Assembly (NCBI GenBank): GCA_020632375.1
Contig: JACKFR010000002.1
Coordinates: 51,995-115,994, forward strand
Direction of reading: 5' to 3'
DNA length: 64,000 nt
Origin: Candidatus Nomurabacteria bacterium
GTDB taxonomy: Bacteria; Patescibacteriota; Dojkabacteria; SC72; JAHDCA01
The notes under the pieces were generated by a model, which worked only from the letters and a program-made list of their open reading frames with translations, ran no database searches and was not told the DNA's origin. The translations under genes and the position numbers were made by a program. Positions 1 to 9,011 of this stretch are shown piece after piece; the stretch's first letter is position 1; the number at the start of each line of letters is the position of its first letter.

Positions 1-1271
1 AGTAGAAGCCCTTTGAAGTTAATTCTATTGTAGATCCGGACAATGGTTATGCTCGGGAGAATTGCGAGTGGGATAACGGTTAGGGGCCAGAATTTACTTG
101 CATTCCAGCGTAAAGCTATATTTATGTAAGGAAGATGCTCAGTAATACTTAGAAACAGTCTGCTTGAGATAAAAATCCCCAAAATCATTATTGCAACAAG
201 TCCAATAATAAGCTTCTTATTTCTCATGCCATTTCTTAGAAAAGCAAGTGATCCCATTCCTGCAATGAATGGGATCAAACCCATAATCTGAACAGCAGTC
301 TTATTGTAAAGAGTGTAGCTCTGAAGTAAGAGTGTATTTGTTGTATCGTGTGCTTCCATCCAGCTTCCCGCAAAGAGTATTGTATTAACAATTCCTCCTC
401 TAAGGTATCCAGAAGAACGGATGCCTTCGGTTATGGTATCTGTGAGCTGGTTACCTTTCAACTCCGTGATATGGTCTAAGAAAAGACTTCCGACAAAGAT
501 GAAATTACCTGATACCAGAAGTTCAAGTTGTAAAAGTGTAAACCATGAAAGAAAGAAAATCCCCCCGAATAATAGTGCTCTTTTTAGCGCAACATTGTAA
601 TGAACCTTTTTTGAAACTACTACTGAAATAACGATTATTGAAAAAGTGTAAGTCACGAATGCCGTCAGGTTAAGTGAAGTCTGAAGGAATAAGATTAAAA
701 CTAGAAGATGGAGGAGTTTATTAGCCAAAGATGTATTTCTGAAATAGCTTAAAACCGTCTTTCTTCCTATCTTCACTGATATGATCTGTGATAGGTACCT
801 TATGGTCCAAGGTATGCTTGCGTAAGCAGCTACAAACAGGAAATTCGGCTGATTAAACACCCAATAAGTGAAAAGTGTCGTCAAATAAAACAGTCCCCCG
901 AGGGTATATCCGAGTCGCCCTCTGCTTTTATCCCTTATAAGAAAGCTCTCAGTTAGCCTTGCTGCTCCGAGCACTCCCATAATGAGGCTTCCGAACAAAA
1001 ATAGCTGGGAAATAAGCCATGGAGGAATTCCAACTAATCTCATAAAAGAAAAGACTGGTGTTATGAGGACAAGAGGATTAAACGAGACAAAGTGACGGGC
1101 GCTATTGTCAAAAGTTTTAGCTAAAATCGGTTGGATTCCAAAATAGGGTGAAATATTGTCAAATCCCATTACAAATTTACCTGTTTGGAAGTTTGTAACA
1201 ACAATAACCACAAGTATCAAAGCAACAATGATCTTGTGAGCGTGGTTTTTAAACAAATTGCTCCACTTCAT
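1..1271 (-). CDS. Polytopic integral membrane protein (possible GT-C/O-antigen polymerase-like). N-terminus is at 1271; the 3' end is cut by the window edge.
   Basis: The ATG at 1269-1271 on the minus strand overlaps the stop of the upstream GT gene (ATGA overlap). My manual translation is highly hydrophobic with many predicted TM helices. It is not in the ORF track because it runs off the edge. Confidence 0.45.
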   Translation of the reverse strand, partial: MKWSNLFKNHAHKIIVALILVVIVVTNFQTGKFVMGFDNISPYFGIQPILAKTFDNSARHFVSFNPLVLITPVFSFMRLVGIPPWLISQLFLFGSLIMGVLGAARLTESFLIRDKSRGRLGYTLGGLFYLTTLFTYWVFNQPNFLFVAAYASIPWTIRYLSQIISVKIGRKTVLSYFRNTSLANKLLHLLVLILFLQTSLNLTAFVTYTFSIIVISVVVSKKVHYNVALKRALLFGGIFFLSWFTLLQLELLVSGNFIFVGSLFLDHITELKGNQLTDTITEGIRSSGYLRGGIVNTILFAGSWMEAHDTTNTLLLQSYTLYNKTAVQIMGLIPFIAGMGSLAFLRNGMRNKKLIIGLVAIMILGIFISSRLFLSITEHLPYINIALRWNASKFWPLTVIPLAILPSITIVRIYNRINFKGLL

Positions 1272-2515
1272 TTTAGTAACTCCTTTCCAAACTCATTCGC
1301 AAGAAACTTGAGGTTTCTCGTCTTGTTCAGATAATGAGATAGTTCGGATAACTTGGCAAGTTTGTTGGGATTGTTTTTTAGTTCTAGTATTTTGTCTACG
1401 AGGCTCTTAAAATCTTTTGTAGTGAAGCTAAAATCTGTTGGATTAATTCCAAGCTTCTCCATCCCCTTCTGCATGTCTTTTGCCTTGGTATATGCAAGTA
1501 ACTTGTCGGAAATTAAGAATGGTTTTTTGTATGCAATCGCCCAGGCTAGAGGGCCACTTGAAGCCATCAGTACCCTGTAGGGCAAGACAATAATATCTGC
1601 ATTAGTAAAGTAGCGGCCTATCGATTCATCGCTCACGAAGCCGGTATGTTGGGTAAATTGGGATTTAGATATGAGCTTTAGAAGGCTTTCGTAGTAGTCG
1701 TCATTATCAAGGTTTATTGTCTTACCGCCAGCCATGATGAGATTAACCTCTTCTGGCCAATCAGGCTCAATTGTTGCTCTCACAATCCAGTCTGCACCCT
1801 TATACCATGTTAAGAATCCGAAAAAGAGAATATTGAACTTCCCCCTTTTTATCTGAGCTGGTGGTGTTAGATCCAGCTTAGTTGAGGGTTGAGGATTGTA
1901 TATAGGGTGTTGAACTACTGATATCTTTGAAGCCTTTGCGAACGGAAGTTTCAAAAGTCTTTCTTTAAACTCTTCCTCTAACAGGAGGATTTTGTTACAC
2001 AAGATTAAAAAGAGGACAAAGTTAAGTTTGATCCCGATACCGTAGATTTTGAGTCTAAAATCTGTCTCAGACATTTGCAGGTGACCCGCCATTTTTGTGA
2101 GATCTTGAAGTGCTGAGTGCTGGATGATTGTAATCTTGTTATGTTTCAGTCTTAAAAGTATAAGGAAGAATGGAAATATTGCAGCAGATTTTGTACCTCC
2201 GAAAACTCCAAAGTCGTAGTTGACAACAACAGAGTGGTATTTCTGTCTTTTAATCTGTTTGAGTGTCGCAAAAATAGAAAGTATCGCGTTTTTATCCCAT
2301 GTTGGGATGATTTTGTTTCCCTTTGTATCATTAAATTCAGCGTTAGGCACAGTCTTGAATTTTTCGCTCAGGATTGTGAATCTAATCGACTCAATTTGAT
2401 CTACGAAGTTCTTTAAATAATATGCAACTCCCCCAACCTTTTCATCAACAAGCTTTTCTTTTGGTGGGTACGAAGATATTACTAAAATCTGTTGCTTGTT
2501 CATTTCCTGTTCCAT
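1268..2515 (-). CDS. Glycosyltransferase, family 4-like
   Basis: 415-aa ORF. The C-terminal half resembles the Glycos_transf_1 fold (…IIVLPYRVLMASSGPLAWAIAYKKPFLISD…). It sits in a glycan-gene neighbourhood. Confidence 0.55.
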   Translation of the reverse strand: MEQEMNKQQILVISSYPPKEKLVDEKVGGVAYYLKNFVDQIESIRFTILSEKFKTVPNAEFNDTKGNKIIPTWDKNAILSIFATLKQIKRQKYHSVVVNYDFGVFGGTKSAAIFPFFLILLRLKHNKITIIQHSALQDLTKMAGHLQMSETDFRLKIYGIGIKLNFVLFLILCNKILLLEEEFKERLLKLPFAKASKISVVQHPIYNPQPSTKLDLTPPAQIKRGKFNILFFGFLTWYKGADWIVRATIEPDWPEEVNLIMAGGKTINLDNDDYYESLLKLISKSQFTQHTGFVSDESIGRYFTNADIIVLPYRVLMASSGPLAWAIAYKKPFLISDKLLAYTKAKDMQKGMEKLGINPTDFSFTTKDFKSLVDKILELKNNPNKLAKLSELSHYLNKTRNLKFLANEFGKELLK

Positions 2516-2562
2516 AGGAAATATAATATCATGAAAGATAGATAAGGTAATAAAGGATTTTA

Positions 2563-3753
2563 ATGAGAATACTATTCATTGCAAATCGCTTTCATCCTGC
2601 TTTTGGAGGGGTTGAAGTGCTTACTAGAGAATATTCTAAAGAGCTGGTGAAGAGAGGCCATCAAGTTACAGTATTTACTACTGATTTTGTCGATACTCAA
2701 GGCAATGAGAGATTTAGTGACGCCAAATCTGACTTCGAGGGTGTTAAGGTACATCGGTTTAAAGGGATAAGGCTAATTAAAGATCCTTTAACATTGGCTC
2801 CAGGTATGTTTGTGGAGCTATTTAAACAAAGGAAGAGCTATGATGTCGCCATGATCTACACTTACGGCTATGCTACTACTTGGATGTCTTCTCTTATGAA
2901 AATGTTTGGACTTATCAGGCTGCCTTTTTTAGGTCTTCCAAACTATGCTCCAAATTATAATTTCCCTTCTTGGCTGGTAAGTTTTTATGATAAAACACTT
3001 GGCAAAATATTCGTAAAAGAAACTGACGTAATCGTAATTCATACTAGAATGTACGAAGATTTCTTTATTGATATGGGACAGGAAAAAGAAGCCCTCCCTA
3101 CCCTCCTACCTATTGTTTTACCAATTCCATACGTAGAGACTGATCATTTACTGTCTACTAGGCAAAAGTATTCAATACCTGAAACTAAGAAACTGATCCT
3201 GTGCTTTGGAAGAGTAGTTGAATATAAGGGCATACAGTTTTTGATCAAAGCATTTGCACAGCTACTAGCTGATACACCTGAAAGATCAAGAGAGCTCCAT
3301 CTAGTTGTCGCTGGCGGAGGAGCATACCAAGGACCGTTGGAAAAACTTGTCGAAGAACTGAAGATTATTAATAATGTGACATTTACTGGACGTGTTTCAG
3401 AGCAAGATAAGAATTCACTATACAGAATGTCTGATCTCTTCTGCTTACTGTCGTATTCAGGGGAATCTTTTGGAATTACATATGTGGAAGCAATGTCTGC
3501 AGGTCTTGCAATACTCGGAAGTAATAAAGGAGCAGTACCTTTCGTTGTGAAAGATCGGTTTAACGGCTATTTGGTTGATCCTTTTAACCATGAGATAGTT
3601 GTTCAAAAGCTGAAGACAATCCTTATTGAATCTAATCTCGAGCTTTTTAAAAAGAATAATCTTACAGACTTTGATAAGTACAGTCCTAAAGTGGTGGTTG
3701 ATTTACTTGAGAAGTATCTAAATCTTGCTGTGGAATCAGCAAAGGGATCATAA
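2563..3753 (+). CDS. Glycosyltransferase family 4 (GT4, retaining)
   Basis: 396 aa. N-terminal RILFIANRFHPAFGGVEV and C-terminal ESFGITYVEAMSAGLAILGS (an EX7E-like motif) are typical of GT4. Confidence 0.8.
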   Translation: MRILFIANRFHPAFGGVEVLTREYSKELVKRGHQVTVFTTDFVDTQGNERFSDAKSDFEGVKVHRFKGIRLIKDPLTLAPGMFVELFKQRKSYDVAMIYTYGYATTWMSSLMKMFGLIRLPFLGLPNYAPNYNFPSWLVSFYDKTLGKIFVKETDVIVIHTRMYEDFFIDMGQEKEALPTLLPIVLPIPYVETDHLLSTRQKYSIPETKKLILCFGRVVEYKGIQFLIKAFAQLLADTPERSRELHLVVAGGGAYQGPLEKLVEELKIINNVTFTGRVSEQDKNSLYRMSDLFCLLSYSGESFGITYVEAMSAGLAILGSNKGAVPFVVKDRFNGYLVDPFNHEIVVQKLKTILIESNLELFKKNNLTDFDKYSPKVVVDLLEKYLNLAVESAKGS

Positions 3754-6559
3754 TCAGAGTATAGAGTAAGACGGAGGCAATGGTTACTAGCACTAGGTAG
3801 CCATAAGAAGAATTTACAACTGTTACAGAACCTTTGTATGAATCTCTAAAATAAAAACCTTGTAGCCAACCATTTATCATTACTGGTTCAGCGATTTCGT
3901 TTAATCCATCTTTAAGCCTAAAGTTTGGGTTGAAGGGAATATTAAATAATATCAAGCTATCTTCTGCCTGGTTAATGTTGTTACTCTCAAGATTTCCAAT
4001 ACTGCTCGAGCTGAAAACAAGGGTTTCATTTAAAAGGTCAGTCCCCTGCATCTGTCCAACTGTCTCTGCATTGTAAGGAAAACTGGAAAGAATGTTACTA
4101 CCGGATAGTTTGATCAGCTTCAAATTTGAAAGCTCCATCTGTGCTGGCTTAGTTGCTCTGTCTAGAAGAGGAGAATTATGCCCAAGCACTATTGTAAATT
4201 CTGGAGAAGCACTATCATATAGGGAGAATACTGTTGAATAAGTATTATGATTCCCCTTAAGGTAGTCTCTCATCGATGGTATGGGAATAATCTGTCTTGT
4301 GAAATTGTCAGTTATGGTTATGTCTGCATCTCCTCTTTCAGAGCGGGTGAAGTCAAATTCTATGTAGTAAGTTCCTTCTACTTTCTCCAGTGGAAGGTCG
4401 AATCTTATAAGACTGAGCTCTTCACTTGCAATGAATTTCCATGTGTCATCGACTAGGTAGGCGTTTATCCCCTCTATATTTAGTTTCTCTGACAAGTTGC
4501 GTGTTGATTTGAACAGGAAGGTTGATTTACCCTCTGGAGACAGCTTGATATCGAGAATATCTGTTGCTTCGGAAAGTGAAAACTCTTGCTCTTCAAAGTG
4601 GAGGTCCGCATTTGGAGGTTGGCTGGATAATTCGTTTCCATTTAATTTGACGTTGTATGGATCTAATAAATAAACTTGTTGTCTGCTTGGTATCTCACAG
4701 TCGTTTATGGTGAACAAAGACTGGGTCTGACTAGTGTCGTAATAACGGTAGCTGGGCTTAATTACTTCATAATCCCCTTTAAACTGAGGCGAGTAAGGTT
4801 GATTTAGACATACAATCTTTCCGGATGCGTTTCGGGTGACACTTGCTGTGACAGTGTTTTCAACATTTCGAATACTGGGCTCGTATTGCTCAGGCTTTAG
4901 TTCTATAACATAAAGATCTTGTTCTCCTGCAGGAGCATTAAACTCTTGCACCTTGTATGGGACTCCTGTGGACCTGACCGTCTCTATGTCCTGGGGGTAC
5001 TTGGTAAGTATAAAGTTGTCTTCAGTTAAATCGAATGAGTCAGTTGTAAGAATTGCCGACTCGTTAATCCATGTGACCCTGTTTAATATATATGGGCTAA
5101 GGAAGTACTCAATCATTGTAGTGTTATTCCACAGTTCGTCGTGAAAGCCGATCCTTAGATGCTGGTAATTAGCATTTTGGGCAATGTACTGGACAGCAGC
5201 CGGGTAATTGTATTCAAATTTTTCAGCCTCTGATTTCTGGTAACTCTCAGAGTATAGGTAAGTGAACGAAATAAAGATATTTATCGCTAGAAAAATGAGA
5301 ATGCCATAATAGAAATGCTTTTTGTGCTTTGTAAAGAAATTGCTACCTAGGGTGGAAAGTAGTGAAAGTGATAGTGGAATAAACATCAGTGCAGGGATAG
5401 TCTTCGCTATTGAGGGGTTGTCAAAATTGGGGAAAAACGGAAGCAGAAGGTAGCTCAAGAAGAGTGAGAGGGCTAATATCTGGCTCATGTCTTTTTTCTT
5501 GAAGGTTTTGTACAGTAAATATAGCCCTCCGAAGTAAAGCGATAGAGTAATAAAACCAAATGGTCCCAAGTTTGTTATCCACCACTGATTGTATTTCGGG
5601 TTTTTGATCTGAAACCAGAGGATATTACTAAGAGGCTGAGCTCCGTTATCGATGCTTGTACCTGTGACAAGAGAATTGGGGCTGATATACGCACCAAGCT
5701 TTTGGAAATAAGTTTTAAATATTAAATCAATCTCTCCTTCTTGGATAAGATACACAACGCTGAATGTGTATCTAACCTGAATTGATTGGTCCTTTCCTAA
5801 ATAACCTTCCACAAGCGGGTATAAGACAAGCGCTATACTTCCAAGTATTAAGAGAATACTGACTGACGTTGCCAGCTTCGAGTTCAAGATTTTTTTCAAG
5901 TGCTTCTTAACCAGATCTCGCTTCAGAAGAATCAGGAGTGTCAGAAAAGAGCCGTAAAAAACTGGAATAAAAAAAACAGACATACCGTGGGTGTATGTAC
6001 TTAGAACGGCAAGAATAATGCCAATGTAAAGATAAATGATATCTGTTTTTTTTGAGTTAAGAAATTTGATGAATGCAAGAATACTCGCTGAAGAGAAAAA
6101 GAGATATCCTGCTATAAGAGGGATATAGTGACTGAAGACGATTGAATATCCGCTTGGTATGAATATTAAGAAAAAAATAAGTCTTTCAACAAGCGGCCTT
6201 CGTAATTCAACCAGTATCTTCCACCAGACGACTGAGGACATAATAAAAAAAAGTGCGCTGGGAATTCTGCCTGCGATAATCATTCCATCTACTGACAATG
6301 TTGTTCTAAAAAGGTCTACTAAGTAATACGCCCAGTAACCGTTTAGAATATAGAAAGCTACGAATTGTCTTATCCCGAAGTTGTTGCTGATACCTTTGGC
6401 TATTATTTCGGGGACTAAAACAGCTCGTAACTGATCGTATTGAACTCCAGGGGGAATATCTAGAATTTTGTAGAACGCTACAAAAATCGATGAGACAAGG
6501 ACCAGAAGGAATAGAATTCGGTCAAGATGCTTGTATTTAATGATGTTCTTAAAATCCAT
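3686..6559 (-). CDS. Large membrane protein. N-terminal multi-TM GT-C-like (PMT/ArnT-like) domain with a roughly 500-aa extracytoplasmic C-terminal domain.
   Basis: 957-aa ORF with roughly 12 or more hydrophobic segments in the first 430 aa. It lies in the glycosyltransferase cluster. Its 3' end overlaps the convergent GT4 gene by 68 nt. Confidence 0.5.
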   Translation of the reverse strand: MDFKNIIKYKHLDRILFLLVLVSSIFVAFYKILDIPPGVQYDQLRAVLVPEIIAKGISNNFGIRQFVAFYILNGYWAYYLVDLFRTTLSVDGMIIAGRIPSALFFIMSSVVWWKILVELRRPLVERLIFFLIFIPSGYSIVFSHYIPLIAGYLFFSSASILAFIKFLNSKKTDIIYLYIGIILAVLSTYTHGMSVFFIPVFYGSFLTLLILLKRDLVKKHLKKILNSKLATSVSILLILGSIALVLYPLVEGYLGKDQSIQVRYTFSVVYLIQEGEIDLIFKTYFQKLGAYISPNSLVTGTSIDNGAQPLSNILWFQIKNPKYNQWWITNLGPFGFITLSLYFGGLYLLYKTFKKKDMSQILALSLFLSYLLLPFFPNFDNPSIAKTIPALMFIPLSLSLLSTLGSNFFTKHKKHFYYGILIFLAINIFISFTYLYSESYQKSEAEKFEYNYPAAVQYIAQNANYQHLRIGFHDELWNNTTMIEYFLSPYILNRVTWINESAILTTDSFDLTEDNFILTKYPQDIETVRSTGVPYKVQEFNAPAGEQDLYVIELKPEQYEPSIRNVENTVTASVTRNASGKIVCLNQPYSPQFKGDYEVIKPSYRYYDTSQTQSLFTINDCEIPSRQQVYLLDPYNVKLNGNELSSQPPNADLHFEEQEFSLSEATDILDIKLSPEGKSTFLFKSTRNLSEKLNIEGINAYLVDDTWKFIASEELSLIRFDLPLEKVEGTYYIEFDFTRSERGDADITITDNFTRQIIPIPSMRDYLKGNHNTYSTVFSLYDSASPEFTIVLGHNSPLLDRATKPAQMELSNLKLIKLSGSNILSSFPYNAETVGQMQGTDLLNETLVFSSSSIGNLESNNINQAEDSLILFNIPFNPNFRLKDGLNEIAEPVMINGWLQGFYFRDSYKGSVTVVNSSYGYLVLVTIASVLLYTLIMIPLLIPQQDLDTSQVNQPPL

Positions 6560-6623
6560 ATTGGATAGATTGTAGTTGAATTGGTTTTATTTGGGAAGTT
6601 TGTGAAAAGGGTAAGAAGAAGGA

Positions 6624-6672
6624 CCCTGCCGCGCGCTGATAAAAATCAGTGTTGCGCTTGTGCGCGGCAGGG
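6624..6672. terminator. Perfect 13-bp GC-rich inverted repeat (CCCTGCCGCGCGC...GCGCGCGGCAGGG, one G-U pair) with a 23-nt loop.
   Basis: Read directly from the sequence. It lies 23 nt downstream of the stop of the minus-strand gene 6695..7342 and is followed on the minus strand by a T/C-rich stretch. It is also the left edge of the GC-rich island. Confidence 0.45.
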
Positions 6673-6694
6673 TTTCTTACTTCTCGGGGTGGGG

Positions 6695-7342
6695 CTAAGG
6701 GAGGAGGAGTGTTGCGACAGTTGGGTCGATCCAGGTACTGCAAAAAGAAGGATCCCCATGCCAATAATTGTCAACCTTTGCCACCTCTTGGATTGGAATG
6801 TTGAACTCCCCCCCCCGGTTTGGGGTTGTGTTGAATCGTTCCCCATCGAGCCAGCTGCAATGGATCTCATCATTGGGGTTGTAGTCAACCAGGAGAAGTC
6901 TCATCGCCTCTGCCCAGGTCGAAACCGTTTGGCATGCTGTGGCGGCACAGAGAGGATTCAGGACACGATTCTCCTGTGCACTTAAGGGGATGTGGTTGAC
7001 CACGAGGACATACCCAACAAACGCAGCAGGTGGAGCTGCAGGACCGCCACCGACGGGGGGGGCTGCAGGGCCACCAACCGTATCGGTAACCTCAGCAGTC
7101 ATAGCTACATCTGTGAGTGTCATGGTTCCACTTCCTTCCAGTATGCCCTCAATCCATCCCTTCAGACTGATGACTTCTGTGTAAGATTCTCTCTCTGTCA
7201 CCACTGTCTCACCATCTATGACCTCCGTAATTTGTACGGGATCGTGCTCGATAGTGATGTGGGCATCGAAAGTGAAAAGGATTGCCATAACCAACGAAAA
7301 CGGGACGACAACGGACCCCAAAACGATTATAAAGCGTCGCAT
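6695..7342 (-). CDS. Secreted or membrane-anchored protein with tandem GGPAAPP repeats (GC-rich island gene).
   Basis: 215-aa ORF. The N-terminal hydrophobic segment RRFIIVLGSVVVPFSLVMAILF looks like a signal anchor. The repeat reads GGPAAPPVGGGPAAPPA. A perfect SD (AAGGAGG) sits 6 nt upstream of the ATG, unlike neighbouring genes. GC is about 55% against about 38% for the flanks. Confidence 0.6.
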   Translation of the reverse strand: MRRFIIVLGSVVVPFSLVMAILFTFDAHITIEHDPVQITEVIDGETVVTERESYTEVISLKGWIEGILEGSGTMTLTDVAMTAEVTDTVGGPAAPPVGGGPAAPPAAFVGYVLVVNHIPLSAQENRVLNPLCAATACQTVSTWAEAMRLLLVDYNPNDEIHCSWLDGERFNTTPNRGGEFNIPIQEVAKVDNYWHGDPSFCSTWIDPTVATLLLP

Positions 7343-7797
7343 TTGATTCCTCCTTAAAGAAATCTCCTATTCTTTGTCCCTGTGACAAAGAATAATTTTT
7401 GTTTGATTTTTTGCTATCCCAAATGGGACACCCAAGAACAGGTGGGTGGGCTTTCGCCTCGCAATCCTTAGTCACCAGATTGATGAACAAAGATTGCGAG
7501 ACAGCCATTGCAAAAGATCGTGGAGGAAGTTCCCCTCTTTTGCCTTATTCCGAGAAGTCTTGCATTAGACAAATAGACTTATATCAAAAGATACAAAGTT
7601 ACTACCTGTATGCAAGTTATGTAAAAGATCGTCTCTTATAAAAGAGACATATCTAAGGGTTTGTAACCCACAGTTATGTCTTTTCTAACGGTATTTTTCA
7701 AAGATCAATCTCTAAGAATACTATACCATTTCCTTTGCCAAACGTCAATACTATAGGGTCTCGGCATACCCCTGTCGTTGTATTGAATTCTTTTTCC

Positions 7798-7842
7798 CGA
7801 TCCGGCTAATTTTTGTTACGCTAGTGCGCATTAGCCGGATCG
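7798..7842. other. Perfect 13-bp inverted repeat CGATCCGGCTAAT / ATTAGCCGGATCG with a 19-nt loop.
   Basis: Read directly. It lies immediately 3' of the methyltransferase ORF on the minus strand. A T5 run precedes it on the plus strand, and there is no T-tract on the side expected for a minus-strand terminator. Confidence 0.35.
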
Positions 7843-7858
7843 GTTCCAAGAGGGTGTG

Positions 7859-8961
7859 TTAGGGGGGAGACCAGGTGGGGAGCCCGGGGGCTGGCCAGGT
7901 GGCGAGGAAAGCTGAGTTGCATGGAACCTCGGAGAGGTCTTGAATGCGAACATTCACATCTCCTCTCTTCGGGAGCCTTTCGCACCATGATACATGTACC
8001 AAGGTGTTTTTTTTGAGGTTGCTTGCGAGAAGAAACCTCTCAACTTGTTCAGCTTCCCAGCCCATTTCCCATTTCCTTTGATCGCTCGGCCCCATGGCGA
8101 GCGATTGGAAGGCTGCTTTTTCTGCTGCTGTCCTTGGTCCCCAACCAAGGTAGCCATTAAAACTCTCTGGGTCAGTTTGCTCCCATGAGATTTTGGGAAT
8201 CGTTAGTGGGAACTCCACTTTAAAACTCCCAATTCTGAGAGCCCCCTTTGGGGCAAACAAAAAAGCCCAGACAGCTCCAGTCAAAAACAAACAAAATAAA
8301 AACATTAACTTCTTGAAGACTGCAGGAAGTGGAAAGTATCCAGCACCAACTATGGATTCTGTTTCGAACTTGTGTAATTCGAAAATTTCTTTAAGCCCAC
8401 GATAAGCGAAGACCCTCATATGCAACCAACTAGGAAATTCTATTTTTTCTCCTCTGTGAAGTGCAAGTGGATTTCCAACGCCCAACCCTTCTCTGCTTGC
8501 CAAACCGAGGCTAAATGGTTGCCATCCGAAGAAAAGAACCCCGATATTTATCCAGCTAGAGAGGTTTTCTGTAGAGGTTATCGCATAGCCACCTGGCTAA
8601 GTACCCTGTAGATTTCACTTATAAATTGGTCAAGATCGCACAGATGCTCAAACACTTGGTTTGAATGAACAACGTCGAAGGTATTGTTCTCCCATGGAAG
8701 CCCCTGGTTGAGGTTACCTAGCTTAGTTTGTACTCCATTTTCTTTCGCTGCAATCTGAAGACGTTCTCCAACAATATCTAGACCGTGGTAATCTTCTGTT
8801 CCTACTATGTTTGCGAGCTTCTTTGTCCATTCTCCATCGTCACATCCAAGATCGAGAAGTTTCGCACTGGGGTTTGGTTCTAGAAGGTCAATAATGTTTC
8901 TTTTATCTAGCTCCAAGGCATTAAAGAACATCTTTTTAAGTGTTGGCTTCATAGTTTGCAT
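7859..8961 (-). pseudogene. Class I SAM-dependent methyltransferase, frameshifted near 8597-8600.
   Basis: ORF 8578..8961 encodes motif I (LLDLGCDDGEW), post-I (HGLDIV) and motif II (FDVVHSNQVFEHL), then ends RVLSQVAMR*. The next frame continues PGGYAITSTENL..., which is the canonical LKPGG motif, into ORF 7859..8503. A 1-nt deletion in CTT-AAG-CCA (now CTTAGCCA) would explain the shift. Confidence 0.55.
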
Positions 8962-9011
8962 ATTGAAAGATATTAGTTGGGAAAGTATACACTAGATGGA
9001 ATAAAAGTTGT

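Noticed and set aside
6695-7342. Diversity-generating retroelement target (variable repeat in a C-terminal lectin-like domain).
   Set aside because: There is no reverse transcriptase gene and no template-repeat copy in the window, and the C-terminal sequence lacks the typical VR pattern.
6581-7357. Plus-strand ORFs 6581..6985, 6939..7184 and 6992..7357 (and 6646..6888 minus).
   Set aside because: They are antisense or overlapping the 215-aa gene in GC-rich DNA, where stop codons are rare, and have no SD or start context. They are treated as spurious.
6624-7842. The hairpins as integron attC sites flanking a gene cassette.
   Set aside because: No integron integrase is nearby, and the stems lack the R''/L''...L'/R' core-site organization (GTTRRRY at the boundaries).
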